Of a stretch of DNA of 64,000 nt, positions 38,383 through 50,780 are shown piece after piece. The position numbers and the translations under genes are program-made. The notes under the pieces were generated by a model. It was not told the DNA's origin and searched no databases. It saw nothing but the letters and a program-made list of their open reading frames with translations. This DNA comes from Octopus vulgaris. Taxonomy: Eukaryota. The DNA is taken from NCBI GenBank assembly GCA_951406725.2, contig OX597823.1, positions 35,340,001 to 35,404,000 on the forward strand. The letters are read 5' to 3'. The stretch's first letter is position 1. Every line of letters starts with the position of its first letter.

Positions 38383-38604
38383 ATGTGTGTGTGTGTGTGT
38401 ATACATGAGTATAAATGTGCATATATGCGAAGATCTATTGTGTATATATATGTACGTATATACGGCTAAATGCATGAAACTAATTGTGAATGTCCTTGTG
38501 CATATATATATATATAATAAAATATTAGGGAATAAATCCAAACTTACAGGGAAAAATCAGATTTAGGATTGAATCCAATTTTATAGTAAAATATTATATT
38601 ATAT

Positions 38605-38857
38605 TAAATTAGCGATAAAACCACTATTAGGCAAATCATGCAATTAAACCTCGCTAAGTTAAATATTTCTATCACCTGAAGAATGACTGTAACTCGAATC
38701 TTTACGAATTGGACAGCCATGAAACGATCGTAGTGTTATACTAATTATCTTTTTTCAATAATTTTGATATATATTTAAAATAATATAAATTAATTAATCT
38801 TATGTTTTGGCTTAAGTTTTTCATTGTATGATTTGCCTAATAGTGGTTTTATCTCTA

Positions 38858-38862
<5 letters not shown>
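38605..38862 (+). mobile_element. Short PLE terminal-repeat module: hammerhead bracketed by an inverted copy of the 3' end
   Basis: taaattagcgataaaaccactattaggcaaatcatgcaat (from 38605) is the reverse complement of ~38824-38862; (TA)n follows. Confidence 0.75.
38673..38735 (+). ncRNA. Minimal type I hammerhead ribozyme, core intact
   Basis: CAC-CTGAAGA-ATG-ACTGT...ACAGC-CAT-GAAA-CGATCG-TA-GTG; palindrome ACGATCGT, GUA site. Confidence 0.85.
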
Positions 38863-38916
<54 letters not shown>

Positions 38917-39164
38917 CATGCATACATACATATATAGGGTTATAGGGTTATGAAAGGTATTGGTGTCAGGAAGACCCAAAAGGCATCGGGTAAACGCTAA
39001 GTGCTATGGATAGACCATGGTTAAGCTCCAGGCTTGATAATGATACGAGTGAGGAGTCCAACGTGGGTCATGTATTAGCATGTATATATATATATAAATT
39101 GAGAAAATGCGATAAAAAAAGCCCAACTCAGTAAATAGATTTCATAACGTTTATCAATAAAAGG

Positions 39165-39210
39165 CCTTACAACTGTTTCCGGGACATTTTGTATATCCCT
39201 TCATCAGAGA
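39165..39210 (-). ncRNA. Minimal type I hammerhead ribozyme (inverted partner of 40326-40371)
   Basis: Minus strand TCT-CTGATGA-A-GGGATAT-ACAAA-ATGTCCC-G-GAAA-CAGTTG-TA-AGG. Confidence 0.8.
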
Positions 39211-39589
39211 TGGTGCGAGAAAATGTTTGAGTATTAATTATTTTAGAGAAGATATGAAATACAGAGGGAAGTAAGAGAATGAATATAGAAGTGAGATACA
39301 TAAGGATAGTGTATTTGCAGTTTCATTATTCAAGTAATGAAAAAAGCATGCATACAAACAAACACGTACACTAATATGTATATACACACGCGCGCGCGCA
39401 CACAGATACAGACACATACACACACAGAGGTACGTATGTGTACATATATATGTTTACATGTACCCAAATACAAATCCATGCTTATATAAAATATCTATAC
39501 ACGTTCTCATACATACTCACATGTACCGTATGCATGCACATATATGTATAGACACATATATACACACATACATATATACACATATATAT

Positions 39590-40003
39590 ACTCTTTTACT
39601 CTTTTACTCTTTTACTTGTTTCAGTCATTTGACTGCGGCCATGCTGGAGCACCGCCTTTAGTCGAGCAAATCGCCCCCGGGACTTATTCTTTGTAAGCCC
39701 AGCACTTATTCTATCGGTCTCTTTTGCAGAACCGCTAAGTGACGGGGACGTAAACACACCAGCATCGGTTGTCAAGCAATGCTAGGGGGACAAACACAGA
39801 CACACAAACATATACACACACACTTATATATATATATATACATATATACGACAGGCTTCTTTCAGTTTCCGTCTACCAAATCCACTCACAAGGCATTGGT
39901 CGGCCCGGGGCTATAACAGAAGACACTTGCCCAAGATGCCACGCAGTGGGACTGAACCCGGAACCATGTGGTTGGTAAGCAAGCTACTTACCACACAGCC
40001 ACT

Positions 40004-40005
<2 letters not shown>
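39590..40005 (-). mobile_element. SINE family A, near-consensus copy
   Basis: Homology to other family A copies; clear A and B boxes. Confidence 0.9.
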
Positions 40006-40073
<68 letters not shown>

Positions 40074-40325
40074 CATATATAAACATAGATATATACACAC
40101 ATAGTCATACATGCTGGCGTGTATCCGTTTGCATGTTCATACATACCAGGTAGAAGAAAATTTCTTCACTAAAAAATGTTTTCACCGCTTATATACACCA
40201 TTCTACTTGAATAATGAAACTGCAAATACACTATCCTTATGTATCTCACTTCTATATTCATTCTCATACTTCCCTCTGTATTTCATATCTTCTCTAAAAT
40301 GATACTCAAACATTTTCTCGCACCA

Positions 40326-40371
40326 TCTCTGATGAAGGGATGTATAAAATATCCCGGAAACAGCTGTAAGA
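40326..40371 (+). ncRNA. Minimal type I hammerhead ribozyme, core intact
   Basis: TCT-CTGATGA-A-GGGATGT-ATAAA-ATATCCC-G-GAAA-CAGCTG-TA-AGA; palindrome ACAGCTGT. Confidence 0.85.
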
Positions 40372-40439
40372 CCTTTTCTTGATAAATGTTATGAAATCTA
40401 TTTACTGCCTTGTTTCTTTTATCTCATTCTGTCAATTTA

Positions 40440-40507
<68 letters not shown>

Positions 40508-40560
40508 GTCCCTTTTTGTATCATCTGGCTGTCCGGATGTTTTGCGTTCTTGTCCCATTT

Positions 40561-40591
<31 letters not shown>

Positions 40592-40624
40592 CGGCATACA
40601 TACACTTTGGTCGCTTATATGTAA

Positions 40625-40688
<64 letters not shown>

Positions 40689-40714
40689 GTATTTATGTAT
40701 CTTTGTGTGTATGT

Positions 40715-40918
40715 TGGTGTCTGTTTTTGATACCCACTAACGTTTAACAACCAGTGTTGGTGTCTCTGTGTTTACGTAGGTTAACGGTTTGATAGCAAAA
40801 ATGACCAATAAAATAAGTACTAGGCTTTAAAAAATGGAGTATTAGAGTCCATTCTTTTAACAAAAAGTTTTCCAGGAGGTGCCACAGCATGACTGAACTG
40901 AGACATGTAAAAGATAAA

Positions 40919-40920
<2 letters not shown>
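40715..40920 (+). mobile_element. SINE family A 3' part, degraded
   Basis: acaaccagtgttggtgt...aataagtactaggcttt...gcatgactgaa...gtaaaagataaaag. Confidence 0.7.
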
Positions 40921-40963
<43 letters not shown>

Positions 40964-41054
40964 AATACATATATATGTATGCATTTATATACATATATAT
41001 ATACATATACCTACATATTTACGTATATATGTATATACATATGCATATACGTGT

Positions 41055-41660
41055 ACAGGACGTCACAGAACGTAAACAACATGAAATACGAAATACAAAA
41101 ACATGGAATACGAACTTTTTCTGCGAACAACGAAAGAAACAAATGGAAAACAAGACACGCAACATAAAGATCGACCCTTCATTAGTTGTGGGCTGTTTTT
41201 ATACCCCGTATTTCGAGCAATTCACGACAAGATACGCCTTCGACAAAACAGTTACTCACACAAAGCAAATTAAATATAATTTGGAATTTTGCGGAGGGTC
41301 AAAATTGGTAACAAAAATAGGACAGCGAAAACAAACAGGAAGAGCTGCTAAGACTAAACGAGGTGAAGTGGCCAACGCTGGAGGAAGAAGCTCCGACAGG
41401 AGATAGACAAGAATACGTCTGATGCCTGCAGCTGATTGGAAAGAAAGAAAGAAAGAAATTCATGTTAAAGAAAGAAGATGGCCGATGGTCACGTGCAAGC
41501 AACGAGAGCAAAGGTGGAAGAGTGAGGGAGAGAGGGACAGACAGAGAACGGCGAAGGGGAGAGGAAAAGAATTAGAGAAAGGAAGAGAGAGAGAATTAGA
41601 GAAACGAAGGGGAGAGGGAAACAAAGAGAAATAGAAAGAGATAGAAATAGAACATTAAGG
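41055..41660 (-). mobile_element. (TA)n-adjacent dispersed repeat resembling 1760-2510, probable PLE terminal repeat
   Basis: Minus strand is pyrimidine-rich and ends in ...gttttcc...gtcctgtac before (TA)n; HHR-like motif at 41179-41251. Confidence 0.5.
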
Positions 41661-41729
41661 GTCACATCGAAATTATAAAGATAAAACTTATTTGGAAATG
41701 GATGCGTGGTGTTCAATCATATAATAATA

Positions 41730-43905
41730 TATATCGTCAGAAAATGATAAATCCGAATGAGAACACTCTAAGTTATAGAGTAGTATAGTATTTAGAGAAA
41801 GATAGTTTTGGCCGGTTCTTAATATTACCCAGGGTTTCGCGTCCATAAAGCGATTAGCTTTATATGTCACGTCAGATCCTAATGGCCGGTGACCTATAAA
41901 CTCTCTTCAAAAGAGAGAAAAGGCCAAGTGGCTAATTTTTGAACACACAAAGAAGAAAGGTCAAGCACAAAGAATTGTTTCCCTTAGACCATTATCCGGA
42001 ATCTATCCGGTCAGCTTACAGGTTTCAAGATTTCAGTAGGAATCGACTGAAGTGTTTGCAGGGCCCGAAGCCTTCCGTCCTGGAATTTAAGATGTTCCCA
42101 GTTCTTTAATATCCTCGCCCGTTCTGCTATGCACAGCTTGCAACGTTTGCTTCTGTTGATGTAGGGGTGTAGGGACACGGTTTTTCTAGGATCTTCCATG
42201 TGATTACATGTGGAGTACCTCCATCCTTCAGGCGCCACACGTGGCTGGCCAAGGACGTGATATAACGTCTTTCCGGGATTCATAAACGAGGATTTGTGAT
42301 ACCGCTTCAGCCTCCTATATGACCCCCTTGGTTTCGCATTGGCCTCCCAAAGGGCATCTTCTGTAGTCCCCTGCATAAGCATCCCACCTCCGCTCGTGAC
42401 CTAGGGGTGTTAACTAAAATACTCTTAACATTGGTGGCAAAGCTAAAAGAGACTCTTAGGTTATGTCTGTTGAATAGGTATCCGTACGTATGTGATTGTG
42501 TTAAATGCTTATCTACTAGCCTAAGGAATATCCTACCTACACACGATTTTATGTTGAGGGAGAAGCGGGAGAGGGGCACCCTAAACGATATTTTGATGGC
42601 GCTTCCTTTTACCGGTGTTAGGGCCCGGCATGTAGGAGATGCTGTCGCTAAATCCGCCAGCAGTTAGGGTCTCGGTGTAGTAGAGAACAGGGCGTCACCT
42701 CTATAAAGATAAAAGAGGACAGAGGGGAATTTCTTTTTTGAGGTATCCAACGAGGTCGCATATATCAGCGCTGTCGTAGGCCCTCATCGCTACGTCAAAA
42801 GAGCCCACATGGTCGGTTTGCTTGACCCAGGTCGAACCTTTATTAAACATCACTGTTTTCCTGGTTCGCATGATGACATCTCTGTCTATATCGCTTAATA
42901 TCAGTGAAGCCTCTAGTCAAGGGAAATTCCTTGACCAGTAACCCTTTCGATATAGACAAGTGAAAATCGGCTATGGCGAACTGGGTGAACCTTACTCTGC
43001 CTGTCCTCTTGTTGGTATCAAACCATATAATCACCTCATTGGCGCTGCGCCATAGGGAGAGGTTGGTGGATCATTATGTCGTTGTTGATGTTCCCCAGTA
43101 TGTGTTTGCTCGCCAGTCCGATCACAGATTTAGCAAGGTTGATCAGGCGGCATTTAGGTTTAGTTCTGTTTATGGTCTTTGATGGTGATAAAGGAATTCA
43201 TTTTGGTCAAAATTTCTACCCTACCTGCAATGTCTAAGTCTTTGGTTTCATTGTTGTTGCGTGTGTCTGTGTTCAGCCCTGTGTGGCCAATAAAGAAACA
43301 TATAGATCTGTGTAATGCTGTCTTCTACTATTTTGTTATAAGTATGGGTGTCTATCTTATATAGGTTTCTTGTTTTGTCTGAAAAGATTAAGGACCTGTC
43401 GGAATTTTTAGTAGTCTAATGTAGGTACAGACCGTACGGTAGAAAGGACAAGAGAACTTATGAAATTTTAGCCCGGGAATGATGTCCAGCAGGTTAGCTT
43501 CGAAGGCCTCAAGGTCCTTGATCCCCGGTTTGTACCTCTTAGATCTGATCCTGTATGTATTGGTTTCTGGGGATGGCGTGGCTTGGTCGTGGTAGAAAGC
43601 CTTCTATCGCATTCACTTTATTAGGTCTGTCATTTTTCTGCAGCATTCTAGTATACAGTTCGTTAGATGGTGTAGGGAATGTTCTTAGCAAAGTATCCGA
43701 GGTCATATCGTTTCATATTTCCATATTTTCGAGAGACTAAGCGGCATTCGTGAATATGTAGAAGCGCAGCCTGCCAGACAGCTATTTAACACGAACCACG
43801 TGATCTTTGCAAAACATTCTGGTCGGAACGAAATGGATCGTCAGTAAATCATAAATCCGAAAGAGAACTACGCTCTAAGTTATAGAGCAATATATATTTA
43901 CTTAC
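41730..43905 (-). mobile_element. Near-complete PLE (RT plus C-terminal GIY-YIG, Hydra-clade-like) with terminal direct repeat, inactivated
   Basis: MKRYDLGYFAKNIP...IFSDKTRNLY...IKDHK...CRLIN...FTQFAIADFHLSI...FDVAMRAYDSADICDLVG...LYRGDAL...VGRIFLRLVDKH...LFNRHNLRVSFS...CKLCIAE...CKH; ~60 bp repeat at 41733-41790 and 43837-43897. Confidence 0.9.
43773..43848 (-). ncRNA. Degenerate hammerhead in the 5' terminal repeat of the PLE
   Basis: Minus strand TTTA-CTGACGA...TAAA-TAGCTG-TC-TGGC, about 60 nt upstream of the ORF start. Confidence 0.5.
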
Positions 43906-43924
43906 ATATATGTATTTATATGTA

Positions 43925-43967
<43 letters not shown>

Positions 43968-44014
43968 ATTAAATATTAAGAATGAAGACGGGGTATAGAA
44001 AAAGGCACTTATTG

Positions 44015-44420
44015 GACGGTGCTCTTGTAGGGATGAATCTAAATGCCTATTCGATAACCTCTGCATGACTCGTAACATCATTTATAAATGCAAAGGGCCT
44101 CCCCGTGGAGGCCCGTACGTGTACGTAGGTGCCACGGCCGTTTCATTCTAGAATGGATGCCGCAACCATGTCTCTAGCTTCAAAAAAGCAGACAAAAGAC
44201 ATACGACCGCACAAGTGGACTTTCTCTGGCAACTGAAAACTAACAACGCCAGCCATGAGCTATCCTGGCACGTGCAACCATATAACACACATTCTAGAAG
44301 GTGTGGTTTGTGCTTGGAGGAATCTCTATCTATTCAGCTTACTAAGGAAAAAGTAAATAAACTAATCGAACGGATTGCACGCTGTTTATACGCCAAGAAG
44401 GCGACCTCCACCTCGTAAAC
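44015..44420 (+). mobile_element. PLE GIY-YIG endonuclease remnant
   Basis: CSCRDESKCLFDNLCMTRNIIYKC...YVGAT...NHVSSF...LWQLK...YNTHSRRCGLCLEE. Confidence 0.85.
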
Positions 44421-44641
44421 ACGGCACCCTCACTACCGTAATCCACAATGAGCTGTGAACCTCTTATGATTGCATTGATTGCTGTATCTGCTTAAATGCG
44501 TACAGAAGAATGTATGTACATTTACCCATGTACCATTTATTGATCTGTGCCTATATATGTGTGTGAACAATGTGCGTAAACAGTGTGAGCATATATATAT
44601 ATATATGAAAAGTGGACGTATTTGTATGTGCGTATGTGTAC

Positions 44642-44691
<50 letters not shown>

Positions 44692-44692
44692 G

Positions 44693-44787
<95 letters not shown>

Positions 44788-45583
44788 ATGTCTGTCTGTC
44801 TGTCTGTCTGTGCGTGTGTGTGTGTATACCTACATGCATAAGATTAAGTTTGTACATATAGGTTTCTATGTCTGTCTATAAGGTGGGTGTAAGAGTGCGT
44901 GAGAGTAAATGGGCATATGTATATGCATGTGCGTGGCCGTGCGCATGCAAGCAGCTATACTCGTGTGCAGCTGTGTGTAGAGGTATGTGGTGGTATATGT
45001 ACGTATATATACGATTGTGTGCAAGCATGTGCACGCATTCACAAGTGGCTGTGTGTGCGCGCGCATATGTCTGTATATATATATGTATCTGTGTAAGCGT
45101 ATCTACGCATATGTATATATATATATAGGTTTGAGTACCCGTCTGTGCGTGTGTACAGGTGTGGGCGTCTCTGTACCCGTGTATGTGTGTGTGTGTGCGG
45201 GTGTGCTGGTCGGTGCGTGTGTGGGTATGGAGGGTTGACTGTGCGCTCGAGTAGAGTGACACCATCTGTATACGAGCGTGAGTATGTCTATGTGTATGGG
45301 AGGATTTAGATGTCTGTGCCAATTGGTAGGATCACTGATGTCTGTGGGTACGTATGTATGTGTAATACATACCTACTCCGGGTGCGGGTGGGCAGACACA
45401 CATACATGTGAATGTATACAAGCGTGTGCGCATATGTATACTTATGTGTGTGTCTGTCTATGCGTGTGTTTAAACGTTTGCAGCCACAAAGTCAAAAGGC
45501 CTGAATCTTACCTTGGCGTCATACATGACCGCTATAGCTCCGAGAAATCAAAGTCTTACACACACTGGGCCGCTCAATATATG

Positions 45584-45732
45584 TTTCTTTATTACCCACA
45601 AGGGGCTAAACATAGAGGGGACAAACAAGGACAGACAAACGGATTAAGACGATTACATCGACCCCAGTGCTTAACTGGTACTTAATTTATCGACCCCGAA
45701 AGGATGAAAGGCAAAGTCGACCTCGGCGGAAT
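45584..45732 (-). mobile_element. 5'-truncated SINE family B with 17 bp target-site duplication
   Basis: Reverse complement of ~10367-10520; direct repeat gggccgctcaatatatg at 45567-45583 and 45735-45751. Confidence 0.9.
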
Positions 45733-46012
45733 ACGGGCCGCTCAATATATGGCCCCTCCATATACACTAAATTCTTTATATTTTCTTTAGTTTCATTTTT
45801 TAAAATCTTTAACTATAACACCGTGGCAACAAATATAAACACCCCCCACCTGTTTCATGTTAAAGGATTTGTGTTTTATTCTTGTATTTTCTTCCTAACC
45901 AAATCTTCCTCACTAGCACACATGCATCCGAACTGCTAGAATCTCTCAATACCACCATTTACCCTGAAGCGAAATCGAAATGTAAATCTGCGAAGTCATA
46001 AACATATTATGC

Positions 46013-46105
46013 CACCTGAAGAGACTGTACATTGCATCTAGTGTTATTGCATCGTTCCACGCCCACTAGGAAGCAGTGGAATTTGAAGCCGAAACAATTG
46101 TCATG
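46013..46105 (+). ncRNA. Type I hammerhead ribozyme with long stem II
   Basis: CAC-CTGAAGA-GACT...CTAGTG...CACTAG...AGCC-GAAA-CAATTG-TC-ATG; palindrome ACAATTGT; first stem I pair mismatched. Confidence 0.75.
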
Positions 46106-46341
46106 CTAATAAATGCTTTTTGTTATACTCCGTCTTCTCTTTTAATATTTAAAATACACCCTGCGCGCACCCTGGAATTTCTAGACGTAGATCCAACAAT
46201 GAGTGCAAAGTATCGCTGATGACATCTGATAGCCATAAGTTGTGAACGTGCTTCGCCAGACAAACTACCTGGAACTTACCCTGAAACAATGCTTGGATAG
46301 TGCATTTAACGCCAACTTTATAAACCTAATTCTTTAACTTA

Positions 46342-46393
<52 letters not shown>

Positions 46394-46397
46394 TCCA

Positions 46398-46560
46398 GCG
46401 CAAGCGTGGCTGTGTGGTAAGAAGCTTACTTCCCAACCACATGGTTTCGAGTTCAGTCCCACTGCATGGTACCTTCGGCAAGTGTCTTCTGCTATAGACT
46501 CGGCCTGACCAAAGTCTTGTGAGTGGATTTGGTAGATGGAAACTGAAAACAGCCCGTTAT

Positions 46561-46644
<84 letters not shown>

Positions 46645-46875
46645 CAGTGAGTGTGTGTGTGTGTGTGTTTGTGTGTGTCTTTGTGCTTGTGTTTGTCACC
46701 TCATCACCGCTTGACAACCAGTGTTGGTCCCCATAACTTAGTGATTTAGCAAAAGGGACCAATAGAATAAGTACCATGCTTATAAAAAGTAAGTCTTGGG
46801 GTTGATGCATTCGACTAAAGGTTCTTCAAGGCGGTGCCTCTGCATGGCTGCAGTCTAATGACTAAAATAAAAGAT
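46398..46875 (+). mobile_element. SINE family A, full length
   Basis: gcgcaagcgtggctgtgtggtaag...gagttcagtccc...tail. Confidence 0.85.
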
Positions 46876-46964
46876 ATTGTATGTACATACACACATACAT
46901 ACATGCATACATACATATATACATACATGCATGCATATATTGTATCGATAGATGGATAGCTAGC

Positions 46965-47004
<40 letters not shown>

Positions 47005-47009
47005 TAGAC

Positions 47010-47085
<76 letters not shown>

Positions 47086-49293
47086 TAGATTAGATAGATA
47101 GGCTCTAATTTCTTTCGGAAATCTAAGATCGTGCTATATTTGCATTTTCCCCTTCATTTCTGTATAGAAATCTATTGTAGTAACTTGTTTCATTATGGGA
47201 TTTGGATGTATGTGGGTCATTTGCAACAATCCTATGATGCGCAAGAGGCGCAGCAGAGATTGGATTTCTAACATTTTTTTAAATAGTTTTACCAGAGAAG
47301 GAATGAAAGTACTGAGATCAAAGGACCACAAAAGTGATGAGAGATAATGAGGGTGCTAAACTGGGACCATAACATCTTGACGAAACGTTTGAAAGAAGAG
47401 AAGGCAGACAACATGGAGCTGCTGGTGATGTTAAGCCAACTGACAGAGAAACCCTAATGCTTTATTTGTGTTATCCTCTAAAGTGTTATGCATTTGTGAA
47501 GTTCGCAAAGATATGAATCAATAAAATACCGGATATTCAACCGAATCTGTTGTACACTCTCCCTGGCGAAGTGCTGTGTTCATACGAAGTTGTGTAATAC
47601 TCACCTGGTGTTTAAGGGCAGTAAACAGTAATAACTCCGAGACATAGATGATGCGAAAGTCATAATCCATCTTTAGGGAAAACATGTATACATAGGATAA
47701 AAAAAAATAAACACTATAACTTTTTATTTCAAAACAGATGAAGTAATGTGTAAAACACTTTGGGGCATGAGATTACCTTCTTCTGACCAGCCAAAGCAGT
47801 GATACTGTTTCAAACATCGTCCGATTCTTTTCATTTTACTAACTTATAATGTTATAGGAAGAGCCATGAAAGCCGCAACTTCTTATTTTACATACCATAA
47901 AGCTACAATACTTTTTGCTTAACTAAAATAATCTTGTACATTAGTGCCTAATGTCTTAAGAAAGTATTACATAAGGAACTGTGGTATTAGATTTTCACCA
48001 CAAATCTCTGCGGATTCGATAACATATTGCACATTAATGCTACGTTATACTGTTCAGTACTTTCTACACTAAGCTTTTAGGCAGAAGAAATTATCAAGTA
48101 TAGATTGAGGAGTGTCAGAACGTGTGAAATAAGGGTTTCAATTTTCCGCTTTTAACCAATTTTCTCATTTTCTTATATAAAAGCTGTTTTATTTTTTTCT
48201 GAATTATATGGATGTTTAGTGTGTGTGTATGTGTGAATGTATGTATGTATGTGTGTGTGTTTTGTGTGTGTGTGTGTGTGTTCTACGATTGACTCTATGT
48301 TGACCACTCCCTTTCGACGAATAGCAAACAGTATGGTATCTTTTAAGAATATCGAAATTCAAATACTCCAAATATCAAAAATTTCCCAAAATATAAACAA
48401 TTTGATCTCATAGAGTTTCCGAAAAATGCTAGTCTGCACACACTCTAATTTTCTTCCATGGAAACCTTACACTTTACCAAATACATGAAATACTAACTTG
48501 GTGTTCTTTTAGGGAATAGAGTGTGTATCAGTTTCGACTTACAGAACTTCTATGAAATCCACTTGTATTATTTAGGAACTGTTCAGATCTATAGAAAAGA
48601 TATGCTGCTACAGAAATAGACATCCTTGGCAACGAATCAATGAGAAAGTTTTTATGCTGTGTCTAAACGTGCTAGAGAAAGTAGCTAATAAATCTTCAAA
48701 TCACATCCCGTTTAGAATACATTGTACAACATGGTTCAAAATACACAAAAATAAATTTGATGGTGGAGTCGATACTTGTAGTTTCAGTATGAAATGTGTT
48801 TGATTTTATACCTACTTAGAGCATAACAACAGCAACAACAAAAACAGCAAAACACAACAACAACAATACAGCAATAGAGTGGCAGAAACTGACACGCTAC
48901 TCATGGACACATCGTTCCTATTCTTTGTCGTTTCTGTCTACTTCGCCTCTCAATGAACTACTCAAACACAACTAAGTCAATGGCCTTTCCTCCAGATGTT
49001 ATACTTATTTTTCTCAATACTTGGTTCAATAATTTTATCGCAGATCTGGAACACAATACATTTACCTTTTCCATCAACGTTACTTAGATATGCAAACTCG
49101 CATGGCTGATAATAATAATACGATTTTTCACCCGTATAAATTTATGCTGCTGAAGTTTAACATTCTTTTTAGAAATAGCAAGGTAAGATCTTAGGAAGAT
49201 ATAGGATCTGGGTGCTGTTTTGATGAAACAAGGCGACCACAGACACGTCTTCTGTGTGTTGAAAGGAATGTGCATACGTACATACATATACAC

Positions 49294-49336
<43 letters not shown>

Positions 49337-49383
49337 CATACATACATACATACATACATACATACATACATACATACATACAT

Positions 49384-49443
<60 letters not shown>

Positions 49444-49815
49444 ATAAGAGTAGCTCGTATACGAGTGGGTATATATTTGTAAAAAATATAAAAAATATAT
49501 ATTTGTAAAAATATATATTTGTAAAAAATTACGCCAGCAGACGCCGACCAAGAATCATTACTGTTGCTCCCATTGGAACACAAGGTAAAATCTATAATGA
49601 ACTCCTCGCCTTTTCAAGAACATGGATTTTTTATATTTGACTCTATTGAATGTATGTCACAATTATGAACTGTTCCATCATACTCTTTAAGCATATAGCA
49701 TGGACTCTCTTTATTACATAAAAAAATTTTTTTGATAAGGTTCGTTATTTCAAGAACCGAAACATATAAAATTAAAATTTATCTAATATAGCGGCATTTT
49801 CAAACTTCATTTTTT

Positions 49816-49870
<55 letters not shown>

Positions 49871-49966
49871 TATATATATATATGCATATATATATATGCA
49901 TATATATTTCATTTTTGTATGTAGTTTGCAAGATTCTTTATGTGAATTCGTGTGTTGAAGCATATT

Positions 49967-50107
49967 TTATTGTGTCTTGGAAGAGTCATTCTCTTTTAGT
50001 GCCTTATTAATTTAACACACTCACCGGTAAATGAGTGGAAATCAGGCCGGTGAGTGTGCCAAATTAATAAGGCACTAAAAGAGAATGACTCTCTCCAGAC
50101 ACAATAA
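49967..50107. repeat. Inverted repeat with ~60 bp arms between microsatellites
   Basis: 49967-50027 vs 50047-50107. Confidence 0.9.
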
Positions 50108-50136
50108 TATATGTATGTGTGTATGTGTGTGTGTGT

Positions 50137-50189
<53 letters not shown>

Positions 50190-50194
<5 letters not shown>

Positions 50195-50780
50195 CGTGCA
50201 AGAGAGACGTTTGCGGTAGCATGGTCAAGTACAAGGATGGATGAGGAGAGCTGTATGAAGGAGTGCCACTTCCAAACAGTGGAAGGAATCCGGGGTAGAG
50301 GGAGACCCAAGAAGACCTCTGGAGATATACTGTGACTGAGAAGATCCGGCAAATAAGTGAGTTCACAACTGTAACCTACACCAGTGTCGCATAGCCAGCC
50401 CACTCAAAAGTACCTTGGATCGGAGGGCGACATGCCGTGCTTGAGTCAAGTACATCAAAATCAAATCAAATCACAATCAAATGGAAATTGTAGTTGTGGT
50501 CCCCATGTCGGTGGCACGTAAAAAGCACCAACCGATCGTGGTCGATGCCAGCCATTCTCTGGCCCCTGTGCCGGTGGCACGTGAAAAAAAGCACCCACTA
50601 CACTCACGGAGTGGTTGGCGTTAGTAAGGGCATCCTGCTGCAGAAACACTGCCAGATCAGACTGGAGCCTGGTGGAGCCTCCTGGCTTCCCAGACCCCAG
50701 TCGAACCGTCCAACCCATGCCAGTATGAAAAACGGGCGTTAAACGATGATAATGATGATGATGATGATGATGATGATTAT
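50190..50780 (+). mobile_element. RTE-clade LINE 3' end with 3' UTR and (GAT)n tail
   Basis: CGVQERRLR*HGQV.RMDEESCMKECH..TVEGIRGRGRPKKT; ends gggcgttaaacgatgataatgatgatg. Confidence 0.75.

Noticed and set aside
39940-40005. tRNA gene
   Set aside because: It is the tRNA-derived head of SINE family A; no full cloverleaf
44458-44510. Hammerhead relic after the PLE endonuclease (CTTATGA...TAAATGCGTA)
   Set aside because: Both core halves are mutated and stem I is unsupported
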